Part shown: positions 1 through 7,124 of the stretch, piece after piece
Layout of the letters: each line of letters opens with the position of its first letter
Position numbering within the stretch: position 1 is the stretch's first letter
Assembly: GCA_039819115.1 (NCBI GenBank)
Contig: JBCBST010000088.1
Location: forward strand, 1 to 13,965
Source of the DNA: Bacteroidota bacterium
GTDB lineage: Bacteria; Bacteroidota; Rhodothermia; Balneolales; Balneolaceae
DNA length: 13,965 nucleotides
Reading direction: 5' to 3'
The notes under the pieces: model-generated
The model's database searches: none
What the model was told of the DNA's origin: nothing
The model's input: the letters and a program-made list of their open reading frames with translations, nothing else
Program-made: the position numbers and the translations under genes

Positions 1-23
1 CGAAAAATGTTAAAGAACCGCTC

Positions 24-1169
24 TTGAGTATAGGTATCAATATTCGGTTATCGATCTCTTTTATTACGGCATTATTGGTATTCCAGGTAGCTAAACCGCA
101 GTCTCGTGGCGATTCCCTTGCTTATGGATACTTACCTATTCTATCGTTTAACACCGATAGCAGGGCTGTATTTGGTGGTGAAGTACAGCGATACAATTAC
201 GCGGGGCGAAAACCATTTAAGGATTATACCCGCGGGTTTTTGATGTATTCCACAGCCGGAGCCTTTAGTACATTTCTATCCAGAGATCAGATTTTTGAAG
301 AGGCTAATAACTTCAGGTTACATACCGAGATTTACGCTATACAGAATTTTGACAATTATTATCTGGGCGACACGGAGTTGGTATCTTTTAATGAGGCGCT
401 GTTCGACACGTCCGACTTCTACAATTTTAACTCCTTTTCAACTCAGATTGGGATTAATGCTCGTTTCCTACTGAAAAAAGGGGAAGGTATACATCGAACG
501 GACATCGAAGCAGGACTAAGGTTATACTATGAGTCACCATGGGGGAACAGAGAAGATCAGTTTATTAGCGGAAATCAAATAGAAGGGGCTACAGGCTCTT
601 TTTTATCCTTTATTCAAACCGGGTTTATTCTGGAACGAAGAAATTCCGAATTCAGACCCACGAAAGGGTTTCTGGTGGACGTGGGCAGCAGGTATGCACC
701 CCCGGTCTTAAGTACTCATCATGTGATTGCGAATAACGTCCGTCTAAATGGACATATACCTATTCCATTTCCACTTATTGATGTTTCCATGGCCGGTACT
801 ATACAGTTACAACATACCTATGGGCAAACGCCCTATTGGTTAGCTTCCGGGTTAGGCGGTGGTGCATTTTTAAGAGGGTATCGGTTTCGCCGCTTTACCA
901 GCGATAACGCCCTTTCATATAGCATTGAATCACGCTCATGGTTTTTTAAACTACCTTTTCAGAATATAGAGATCGGTGGAAACCTGTTCATGGATGGGGG
1001 GCGTGTTTTTACGAATTCGAATTGGGATTCTATTCTCAGAAAGCATAACCATACCTTTGGTTTAGGTGGAGTGATGGCTATCTTTACTCCTGATTTTATT
1101 CTGAAGTTCGATCTTGGTTTTTCAGAGGAAGGAACGGGGTTGTACCTGGGAACGGGATATGCTTTTTAA
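24..1169 (+). CDS. Omp85/BamA-family (bacterial surface antigen D15) outer-membrane beta-barrel; no POTRA region visible
   Basis: Hydrophobic N-terminus (SISFITALLVFQVA) resembling a signal peptide. Motifs LGGGAFLRGYRFRRF and GGNLFMDGGRVF are typical of the surface-antigen barrel family. The C-terminus GTGYAF ends in Phe, a beta-signal. The start is TTG, and the reading frame stays open to the left window edge, so the 5' end is uncertain. Confidence 0.7.
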   Translation: MSIGINIRLSISFITALLVFQVAKPQSRGDSLAYGYLPILSFNTDSRAVFGGEVQRYNYAGRKPFKDYTRGFLMYSTAGAFSTFLSRDQIFEEANNFRLHTEIYAIQNFDNYYLGDTELVSFNEALFDTSDFYNFNSFSTQIGINARFLLKKGEGIHRTDIEAGLRLYYESPWGNREDQFISGNQIEGATGSFLSFIQTGFILERRNSEFRPTKGFLVDVGSRYAPPVLSTHHVIANNVRLNGHIPIPFPLIDVSMAGTIQLQHTYGQTPYWLASGLGGGAFLRGYRFRRFTSDNALSYSIESRSWFFKLPFQNIEIGGNLFMDGGRVFTNSNWDSILRKHNHTFGLGGVMAIFTPDFILKFDLGFSEEGTGLYLGTGYAF

Positions 1170-1177
1170 AAAGACTA

Positions 1178-2677
1178 GTGGAGAAGACGCAGTTTATGGC
1201 GCTTGAGATTATCTCTGTTTTGGCAGTAGCAATTTATATGGTGGGTGCACTGCTTATAACGATATACACACTTGGGGAATTTCATCTCCTGTATATACTA
1301 TTCAAACGGAAAGGTGACCCGAAATTCGAACCGGAGACACAGGTTTGGGATTGGGATACACTCCCAAAAGTTACCGTTCAGCTGCCCATGTATAATGAGC
1401 AATATGTTGCCAAAGATGTAATCAGTGCCTGTGCTCAATTAGATTATCCCAAAGATAAGCTCGAGATTCAGGTGGTCGATGATTCTAATGACGAAACAAA
1501 AGCAATTGTTGACGAACAAGTAGCTTTTTGGAGTTCTAAAGGAATAAATATCAAAGTGTTTAGGAGAGACCACAGGGCCGGGTATAAAGCAGGTGCTCTG
1601 AGGGATGCCACACCCTATGCAGAGGGAGATTTTATTGCAATTTTCGATGCTGATTTTAAGCCGGAGCCTGATTTTTTACAAAAAAGCATACCCTATTTTA
1701 AACACGAAAATGTCGGGGTAGTGCAAGGTAAATGGGGACACATCAACCGGGATTACTCGGTGCTGACCAAAGCACAGTCTGCCTTCCTTGATATGTTTTT
1801 TTTGATCGAGCAAAAAGCAAGATCTCTGGGAGGTTACTTTCTTCGGTTTAACGGCTCTGCCGGAGTTTGGAGAAAGGTATGTATTGAGGATGCAGGAGGC
1901 TGGTCAGCAGATACGCTTTCTGAAGATTTGGATTTATGTTTTAGGGCACAATTAAAGGGTTGGAAAGTTCTGTATGATGAGAAGATTGTGGCACCTGCTG
2001 AAGTTCCTGTTACCATTCTGGATTTCAAGACCCAACAATATCGATGGACTAAAGGAAAGGCGCAGGTTATCCGTAAGCTTGGACCAAAACTGTGGAAAGC
2101 AAACATACCTCTTCTTTCGAAAGTGCACGCGTTTTTCGACCTCTATAATATTTTTGTACTGCCTGGTTTTTTTAGCCTGGCTATATCCAGTGTATTTATT
2201 TCATACCTGATTACCCAGATTCCCAAATACAATTCTATTCTTGCGTTGTCCACTGTAGGACTCATTAACATTGTTCTGGTGCCTATTTTCCTTTGGATCG
2301 TTATTGGAGACTATAAGAAAGGGATAGTCCCAAAAGCCATAGAATTTGTTAAAACTCTGCCTCCATTTATAGGGACACTACTCGGCATTACATTTTTCCA
2401 GTTACTGTCCTTTCTGGATGGGATACGGGGTGGCGATGCTGTATTTCACCGAACGGCAAAGTACAATATCAGCACTAAGGGAGATTCGTGGCATAATAAA
2501 CTGTATTCTCCGCGAGAGATACCCATTGTTACCTATGCCGAAGGTAGTTTGGTCGTGCTTTTTTTATTTGCGCTCTGGGTAGATTTCTCTTTTAAAAGCT
2601 ATGGCTTTGTACCTTCTCATATCGTTTTTACGGCGGGATTTGGCTTCGTTTTTCTAAACTCCATCGTACGATCATAA
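1178..2677 (+). CDS. Processive family-2 glycosyltransferase (CslA/BcsA/NodC-like membrane-embedded synthase)
   Basis: N-terminal TM segment, then the GT2 motifs DDSND, FDADF (DxD), SEDLD (TED-like) and QQYRWTKG (QxxRW), followed by several C-terminal TM segments. GTG start at 1178, with an alternative ATG at 1196. The gene begins 8 nt after the upstream barrel gene. Confidence 0.9.
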   Translation: MEKTQFMALEIISVLAVAIYMVGALLITIYTLGEFHLLYILFKRKGDPKFEPETQVWDWDTLPKVTVQLPMYNEQYVAKDVISACAQLDYPKDKLEIQVVDDSNDETKAIVDEQVAFWSSKGINIKVFRRDHRAGYKAGALRDATPYAEGDFIAIFDADFKPEPDFLQKSIPYFKHENVGVVQGKWGHINRDYSVLTKAQSAFLDMFFLIEQKARSLGGYFLRFNGSAGVWRKVCIEDAGGWSADTLSEDLDLCFRAQLKGWKVLYDEKIVAPAEVPVTILDFKTQQYRWTKGKAQVIRKLGPKLWKANIPLLSKVHAFFDLYNIFVLPGFFSLAISSVFISYLITQIPKYNSILALSTVGLINIVLVPIFLWIVIGDYKKGIVPKAIEFVKTLPPFIGTLLGITFFQLLSFLDGIRGGDAVFHRTAKYNISTKGDSWHNKLYSPREIPIVTYAEGSLVVLFLFALWVDFSFKSYGFVPSHIVFTAGFGFVFLNSIVRS

Positions 2678-2679
2678 AA

Positions 2680-2711
2680 AAAGCCCTTCATGGTTTAACA
2701 TAAAGGGCTTT
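2680..2711. terminator. Bidirectional rho-independent terminator hairpin
   Basis: AAAGCCCTT (2680-2688) pairs with AAGGGCTTT (2703-2711) across a 14-nt loop. On the minus strand the stem is followed by a T-run (complement of the A-run 2676-2682), so it closes the tRNA array. On the plus strand it lies directly after the GT2 stop codon. Confidence 0.65.
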
Positions 2712-2786
2712 GTACCGCGTACGGGATTCGAACCCGTGCTACCGCCGTGAAAGGGCGGCGTCCTAGGCCTCTAGACGAACGCGGCA
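2712..2786. repeat. Direct repeat copy A (75 nt, contains tRNA-Glu)
   Basis: Identical base for base to 3039-3113 by direct comparison. Confidence 0.95.
2713..2785 (-). tRNA. tRNA-Glu (anticodon UUC), copy 1
   Basis: The reverse complement folds by hand as a cloverleaf: acceptor GCCGCGT/ACGCGGT, anticodon stem CCGCC/GGCGG, loop CTTTCAC, T-arm ACGGG-TTCGAAT-CCCGT, discriminator A. It is very close to the canonical bacterial tRNA-Glu sequence. CCA is not encoded. Confidence 0.93.
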
Positions 2787-2804
2787 TAGGGGAACAAGAT
2801 TTTG

Positions 2805-2879
2805 GGAGCCTGATGGGAATTGAACCCACGGCCTCTGGTGCCACAAACCAGCGCTCTAACCAACTGAGCTACAGGCTCC
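2805..2879 (-). tRNA. tRNA-His (anticodon GUG) with encoded G-1
   Basis: Reverse complement is GGAGCCTGTAGCTCAGTTGGTTAGAGCGCTGGTTTGTGGCACCAGAGGCCGTGGGTTCAATTCCCATCAGGCTCC. Anticodon loop TTGTGGC. The 7-bp acceptor stem is fully paired, with an extra 5' G opposite C73, which is the His identity feature. Confidence 0.93.
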
Positions 2880-2889
2880 ATCAAGTCAA

Positions 2890-2933
2890 TCAATAAACAA
2901 AACATTCCAACTAATGATCATCATAGTTGGAAT
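2890..2933 (-). terminator. Terminator-like hairpin inside the tRNA array
   Basis: A perfect 10-bp stem, ATTCCAACTA (2904-2913) with TAGTTGGAAT (2924-2933), and a 10-nt loop. On the minus strand it is followed by GTTTTGTTTATTG. The stem is AT-rich, so its strength is uncertain. Confidence 0.35.
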
Positions 2934-3015
2934 TGGTTAGAGTAGTAAATACTCCAATAGCAATTGCACTCACAATGATAAAGAACATGACAAGGTAAAT
3001 AATATGCGATGGCAT
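2911..3015 (-). CDS. Candidate 34-aa hydrophobic micro-protein (MPSHIIYLVMFFIIVSAIAIGVFTTLTNSNYDDH)
   Basis: Hand translation of the minus strand gives ATG at 3015-3013 and TAG at 2913-2911. It contains one predicted TM helix. It is below the ORF-track length cutoff. There is no clear RBS and no homology evidence. Confidence 0.2.
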   Translation of the reverse strand: MPSHIIYLVMFFIIVSAIAIGVFTTLTNSNYDDH

Positions 3016-3038
3016 CTCTTTGTTTGCTCGTTACAATA

Positions 3039-3113
3039 GTACCGCGTACGGGATTCGAACCCGTGCTACCGCCGTGAAAGGGCGGCGTCCTAGGCCTCTA
3101 GACGAACGCGGCA
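3039..3113. repeat. Direct repeat copy B (75 nt, contains tRNA-Glu)
   Basis: Identical base for base to 2712-2786. The copies are spaced 327 nt apart. Confidence 0.95.
3040..3112 (-). tRNA. tRNA-Glu (anticodon UUC), copy 2
   Basis: Sequence is identical to the copy at 2713-2785. Confidence 0.93.
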
Positions 3114-3128
3114 AAAAATAAAACCGTG

Positions 3129-3199
3129 AGGCGACAGGCGGATTCGAACCGCCGTACGAGGTTTTGCAGACCTCTGCCTAGCCACTCGGCCATGTCGCC
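3129..3199 (-). tRNA. tRNA-Cys (anticodon GCA)
   Basis: Reverse complement is GGCGACATGGCCGAGTGGCTAGGCAGAGGTCTGCAAAACCTCGTACGGCGGTTCGAATCCGCCTGTCGCCT. Anticodon stem GAGGT/ACCTC with loop CTGCAAA, T-arm GGCGG-TTCGAAT-CCGCC, and a U73 discriminator as expected for Cys. Confidence 0.92.
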
Positions 3200-3220
3200 T
3201 TTTAAAACAAGGTTTGTTTG

Positions 3221-3294
3221 TACGCCCATCAGGACTCGAACCTGAAACCTATTGCTTAGAAGGCAATTGCTCTATCCAGTTGAGCTATGGGCGC
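3221..3294 (-). tRNA. tRNA-Arg (anticodon UCU)
   Basis: Reverse complement is GCGCCCATAGCTCAACTGGATAGAGCAATTGCCTTCTAAGCAATAGGTTTCAGGTTCGAGTCCTGATGGGCGTA. Anticodon stem ATTGC/GCAAT with loop CTTCTAA, and T-arm TCAGG-TTCGAGT-CCTGA. Confidence 0.92.
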
Positions 3295-3349
3295 TCAAGT
3301 AATCCAGCTTATTAAGCTGAAGGCGCTCAAATCAATGTATCAATACGTC

Positions 3350-3373
3350 AAAAAAATAAGACCTTACGTCTTA
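3350..3373 (-). terminator. Short terminator-like hairpin downstream of tRNA-Pro
   Basis: On the minus strand, TAAGAC-GTAAG-GTCTTA (6-bp stem, 5-nt loop) is followed immediately by TTTTTTT (complement of the A-run 3350-3356). The stem is short. Confidence 0.4.
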
Positions 3374-3378
3374 CCAAG

Positions 3379-3452
3379 TCGGGGAGACAGGATTTGAACC
3401 TGCGACCCTTCGCTCCCAAAGCGAATGCGCTACCGGGCTGCGCCACTCCCCG
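3379..3452 (-). tRNA. tRNA-Pro (anticodon UGG)
   Basis: Reverse complement is CGGGGAGTGGCGCAGCCCGGTAGCGCATTCGCTTTGGGAGCGAAGGGTCGCAGGTTCAAATCCTGTCTCCCCGA. Anticodon stem TTCGC/GCGAA with loop TTTGGGA, and acceptor CGGGGAG/CTCCCCG. Confidence 0.93.
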
Positions 3453-3484
3453 TTTCCACTCAGCTTCGCTGTTTGGAAAGACTC

Positions 3485-3516
3485 CAAATATACGGGTTTC
3501 CATATACCCTAATCAA
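3485..3516 (-). promoter_or_regulatory. Candidate Bacteroidota-type promoter for the tRNA array
   Basis: The minus strand reads TTG (3516-3514), a 21-nt spacer, then TATATTTG (3492-3485). This matches the TAnnTTTG -7 consensus described for Bacteroides-type sigma-A promoters. It sits 32 nt upstream of the tRNA-Pro 5' end. This is a motif match only. Confidence 0.35.
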
Positions 3517-3557
3517 CGGTAGAATGTATTTAATTATCAGATTGCCGAAATTATTGT

Positions 3558-4823
3558 CTAGCCGTTCAGTATAGCTGCTACATATCTATCCCAGCTCATC
3601 GCAGACGCAGCCTTTCTGACATGTTCGCCGGGTAAGGGATGATCCAGAAACCGAAGCATTTGTGCAGCCATCGATTCGATGTCACCGGGTTCAGCCAGGT
3701 ATCCATTAAATCCATCGGTCACGGTTTCAGGGAAGTGTCCGACACGGGTTGCCAGAATAGGGAGTTCGAAGTTATAGGTTAGTGATTCGACACCGGACGG
3801 AGTGGCAGCAAGGTAGTACAGCACGCTACAGTCGCTTACCTGGAAGTACTTATGAACGTCCTCGTTTGGAATGAACGTGTTTTTAACAATCACGGTGTCA
3901 TCCAGACCGAGTTCTTTCACCCGGTTAAGGGGTCTGTAGTCCTGTTCACTTTCGGAGTTTTTAAGCAGCAGTTTTTGAGCAATGCCAAACAGAGTTTGCT
4001 TTATCTTTGTACTGAGCTTTGAAGTATCTAATGTGGACCAGAATTCTTCTCCGCAAACCAGAAATGAGACGTCATCCCGTTGTTCAGCAACAAGCTTAAA
4101 AGCCTCTATGGCATGATGCAAGCCTTTATACTTGCGGATGAACCCGAAAAAGAGAAATACGTGTTGCTTCAATCCCAGTTCGCTCTTAAACGCTTCAGTA
4201 TCAAATGCGGGATCGGGTTGATAGAGATCATAAACGGGATGAAAAAGCTTGATGACTGTAGTTTTTTCGGTAGAACGTTCTCCGGATTCATTGACTTCGA
4301 GGTCTAATCCGGGAAAGAGTGCGGTAAGCTCGTCAACCGTTTTATAGGCATGGGTGATAAATGTATCGGCATGTTTTATTCCCAGTTTGGTAAAACGCTC
4401 ATCAATGGTACTCCCTTCTTTCTGAACCACAAAGTGAAGGTCAAAGATAATTTCGGCTTCGCATGCTTGTTTGATCCACTTTGCGATTCTTCCCATAGGC
4501 AGCCCTTGAATAGAAATAGCCCATTGAAAGATGACCTTATCCGGTTTAAGACTTGAAATAAAGCGGGCTGTTTTCCTCCAGCTCAGGGGATTATTGTAAT
4601 CGGTTAGATACTCAACGCGAATATCGGTGCCCTCTAAGAAATCACTGCGGCTGGCTTTATCAATAAACTCTCGTGGAATGATGGACGGGTATTGATTGGA
4701 CCAGGAGACAATCGTCACTTCATTCTCCGGGTTTTTGGCTAATGTTTTTGCCAGAGAGGTATTGTAATTAGACAGGCCACCTTTAAACCTGGGTCCGGGG
4801 CCAAAACATACAATCTTAGGCAT
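3558..4823 (-). CDS. Group-1 (GT4, GT-B fold) glycosyltransferase
   Basis: 421 aa. The C-terminal half carries the Glycos_transf_1-type pattern (TPSGVESLTYNFELPILATRVGHFPETVTDGFNGYLAEPGDIESMA). The start lies 5 nt downstream of the epimerase stop, so the two are probably co-transcribed. Confidence 0.85.
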   Translation of the reverse strand: MPKIVCFGPGPRFKGGLSNYNTSLAKTLAKNPENEVTIVSWSNQYPSIIPREFIDKASRSDFLEGTDIRVEYLTDYNNPLSWRKTARFISSLKPDKVIFQWAISIQGLPMGRIAKWIKQACEAEIIFDLHFVVQKEGSTIDERFTKLGIKHADTFITHAYKTVDELTALFPGLDLEVNESGERSTEKTTVIKLFHPVYDLYQPDPAFDTEAFKSELGLKQHVFLFFGFIRKYKGLHHAIEAFKLVAEQRDDVSFLVCGEEFWSTLDTSKLSTKIKQTLFGIAQKLLLKNSESEQDYRPLNRVKELGLDDTVIVKNTFIPNEDVHKYFQVSDCSVLYYLAATPSGVESLTYNFELPILATRVGHFPETVTDGFNGYLAEPGDIESMAAQMLRFLDHPLPGEHVRKAASAMSWDRYVAAILNG

Positions 4824-4828
4824 GGATG

Positions 4829-5875
4829 CTACACACTGTATTTGGAAACAGCAACATCATACACGCGTCGCATTCCTTCCCGGACCGATATTTTTGGTTT
4901 CCATCCCAAGCGGTCCTGTACATGTTCCATATTCGCGTAACGGGAATGAACACCAACGGGTTTATCCAGAAGTGTTTTGATGTCGGGTTTGTAACCGGCA
5001 AAATCGGTAAATACATCAATGATCTCTAGGAAGGAAGTTAGCTTTCCACTTCCAATGTTGATGGCGCTTCCATCGGTTATATGATCCATAGCGAGCAGGG
5101 TGCAGTCCATCACATCATCAATATGTACAAAATCTCGCCCTTGCTTTCCGGTTCCCCATACCTCAAATGGATTTTCTTTTAATGCGGCACGCCGTGCAAT
5201 AGCCGGAACCGGATACGATAAGTCCTGATCTTCACCATATCCTGAGAACGGACGAATGCAGGTTACCGATACATCATAATAGCTTGCAGCTATATGAGCA
5301 AGATATTCCCCAGTCAGTTTAGACCAGCCGTACGTCATGTCGGGCTGCCCCATTTTCTTAAAATCGATGTCTGCTTCGCTTAATGCGATGGCATCGGCTT
5401 CGGTTTGTAAGTCAACAGGATAAGCAGCACTGGAACTCGGGTAGAGTACCCGTTTTGGTTTTTGACGGCATATCCACAGAAAGAATTCGGCATCTATCGA
5501 TAAATCAAGAGCAACCATCATGGGATCACCATCAATTTTAGCTCGCCCTCCTACAATCGCCGCAAAATGAAACACATCTTCAAAGTTGGTTATCGGTAAA
5601 CCATACGTCTTATGGATATAGTTTTGGTCATCTAACAATCCCCTGATGAAGTAACGGGCATCCTCCTTTAAAAAAATCATGCGCTCATCATCTCCGTAAA
5701 AAGTCAGGTCGCCTTCTACCCGGGAAGTTGTGCCTTCAGGTAGCCAGGTATCGGGATGAGTGCCAACAGATAAATCGTCAATAAATAAAATCGTATCACG
5801 GGTTGTGTTGTAGATGCGCTGAACAAAATTACGTCCCACAAAGCCACATCCGCCGGTTATGAGATGATAAAGCAT
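4829..5875 (-). CDS. NAD-dependent epimerase/dehydratase (extended SDR)
   Basis: N-terminal Rossmann motif ITGGCGFVGRNF and the catalytic YxxxK motif in YGWSKLTGE. 348 aa. The sugar-nucleotide specificity cannot be assigned from the sequence. Confidence 0.88.
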   Translation of the reverse strand: MLYHLITGGCGFVGRNFVQRIYNTTRDTILFIDDLSVGTHPDTWLPEGTTSRVEGDLTFYGDDERMIFLKEDARYFIRGLLDDQNYIHKTYGLPITNFEDVFHFAAIVGGRAKIDGDPMMVALDLSIDAEFFLWICRQKPKRVLYPSSSAAYPVDLQTEADAIALSEADIDFKKMGQPDMTYGWSKLTGEYLAHIAASYYDVSVTCIRPFSGYGEDQDLSYPVPAIARRAALKENPFEVWGTGKQGRDFVHIDDVMDCTLLAMDHITDGSAINIGSGKLTSFLEIIDVFTDFAGYKPDIKTLLDKPVGVHSRYANMEHVQDRLGWKPKISVREGMRRVYDVAVSKYSV

Positions 5876-5960
5876 TCCGTTTTTTTTTGATGGTGTTCCT
5901 TGATCGTAAGATGATTAAGTTACCCAAACAAACCATTATTTCCCTTTACTTTTCATCTGT

Positions 5961-6977
5961 ATGAGACTTTTTCTCCTGTTCTTCCTGTTGCTGACCTCCG
6001 ATGTTTTAGCTCAGATCCGCATCACAGACGTTCCTTCACGTATTGGTTCTATAATGACTAATAACCCGGCCGGGACTGATGTATCGTCTGCGGGGAACAC
6101 CTTTCAAGTTACAACGGACTCTATATTTATTGCTCATGTTACGGGTAATACCCTACAGGCTGTTTCCTATAACGGGATATCAGGAGGTGACGAATCATTG
6201 GCGATTTACGGGTTGTTAGACGGAGGCTTTGTTGTAAGGGAAAATGTTGTGAATTTTTCGATATATGATTCATTTGGCGCGCTTATAACCAGTATTTCGA
6301 ATAGCAGTAATAGTGAGGAAGGCGAGTCTATCTCGGAGCTTGCTATGGATCCCAACGGAAAGACGATTGTTTTCTACACGGCAACGATTATTCAAAGCGG
6401 GAAAAAGGGTTCGGTGGCACGTGTTGTGCAGGGTAACAAAGCGGTTGGGTTTTATTATGATGATGCCCGGGAAATATCAACAGTAGAAGTTTCACAGAAC
6501 GGAGAACTGATTGGGATCATAAACCATCGTGATGGTGAAGACTACCAGGTTCAGATTTTTGACCGTTTTGGTAATGAGATCTCTACTATATCTTTTGATC
6601 GTGAAATAAAAGGGGTGACTTTTTCTGATAATGGATTGAATGCAACGGTATTTTCCAGTGGAAGAGTAGGTGTTTACACGCTTAAAAATGCGAATCGGAT
6701 TGCCAGTACCAGTTTCAGGGGAGGTAATTTAATACGTGCTGCTTTTTTTCCAGAGGAGAATACTATTGTAGGTGTTCTGGGAGATATGAATGAAAACAGG
6801 GTTCAGGATATGAAAATAAGGGCGGTAAACATTAAATCCCGAACCATAAAAGAACAACCGTACCGTGAGGCTCTGATGTATTCTCCGGTAGTGGATATAA
6901 TGCTAGTTCGTGATCGTGCATATTCTTACCGTATAAATGGGTTTAGCCGAGAGTTAAGTATTGATATAACGTTTTAA
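5961..6977 (+). CDS. Secreted repeat protein with PD40/TolB-like beta-propeller repeats
   Basis: Signal peptide MRLFLLFFLLLTSDVLAQ. Recurrent PD40-like strands (LAMDPNGKTIVFY, VEVSQNGELIGII, VTFSDNGLNATVF). Internal repeat FSIYDSFGALITSIS / VQIFDRFGNEISTISF. The C-terminus ends in Phe. Confidence 0.6.
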   Translation: MRLFLLFFLLLTSDVLAQIRITDVPSRIGSIMTNNPAGTDVSSAGNTFQVTTDSIFIAHVTGNTLQAVSYNGISGGDESLAIYGLLDGGFVVRENVVNFSIYDSFGALITSISNSSNSEEGESISELAMDPNGKTIVFYTATIIQSGKKGSVARVVQGNKAVGFYYDDAREISTVEVSQNGELIGIINHRDGEDYQVQIFDRFGNEISTISFDREIKGVTFSDNGLNATVFSSGRVGVYTLKNANRIASTSFRGGNLIRAAFFPEENTIVGVLGDMNENRVQDMKIRAVNIKSRTIKEQPYREALMYSPVVDIMLVRDRAYSYRINGFSRELSIDITF

Positions 6978-7124
6978 TTGCTGGTTCTATAATTCAGAAA
7001 CGGTTCTTTTTTCGAGTTCTATCATCTAGTTGATGGTTGAAATAAAATGTGGAAAACTCGTTTTTTTTTCTGATGTTTGATAGCTCGGTATACTTGCGAA
7101 ATTTACAATGTAACTTCAGGCGGC

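Noticed and set aside
1834-2210. Track ORFs 1834-2106 (-) and 1974-2210 (+) nested in the GT2 gene
   Set aside because: They lie entirely within a gene that has strong family motifs. They have low-complexity, Arg/Ser-rich, shadow-frame composition and no recognisable motifs.
2712-3113. tRNA-Glu duplication as the attL/attR of an integrated mobile element
   Set aside because: The whole tRNA is duplicated, not just a 3' fragment. Only 252 nt lie between the repeats (tRNA-His plus a spacer). There is no integrase or cargo.
3305-3319. Perfect 15-nt palindrome CAGCTTATTAAGCTG, 10 nt upstream (minus sense) of tRNA-Arg
   Set aside because: No T-run follows it on either strand and no second copy exists. 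It could be a processing or protein-binding site, but nothing in the sequence supports a specific call.
4080-5029. Track ORFs 4080-4307 (+), 4350-4556 (+), 4816-5019 (-) and 4826-5029 (+)
   Set aside because: They are antisense or out-of-frame shadows of the GT4 and epimerase genes, whose own frames carry clear family motifs.
7077-7124. TTG start at 7077 for the rotor-like gene, as in the ORF track
   Set aside because: The 16 extra residues (MIARYTCEIYNVTSGG) precede a typical signal/TM segment that begins at the ATG at 7125. I prefer 7125 but cannot exclude 7077.
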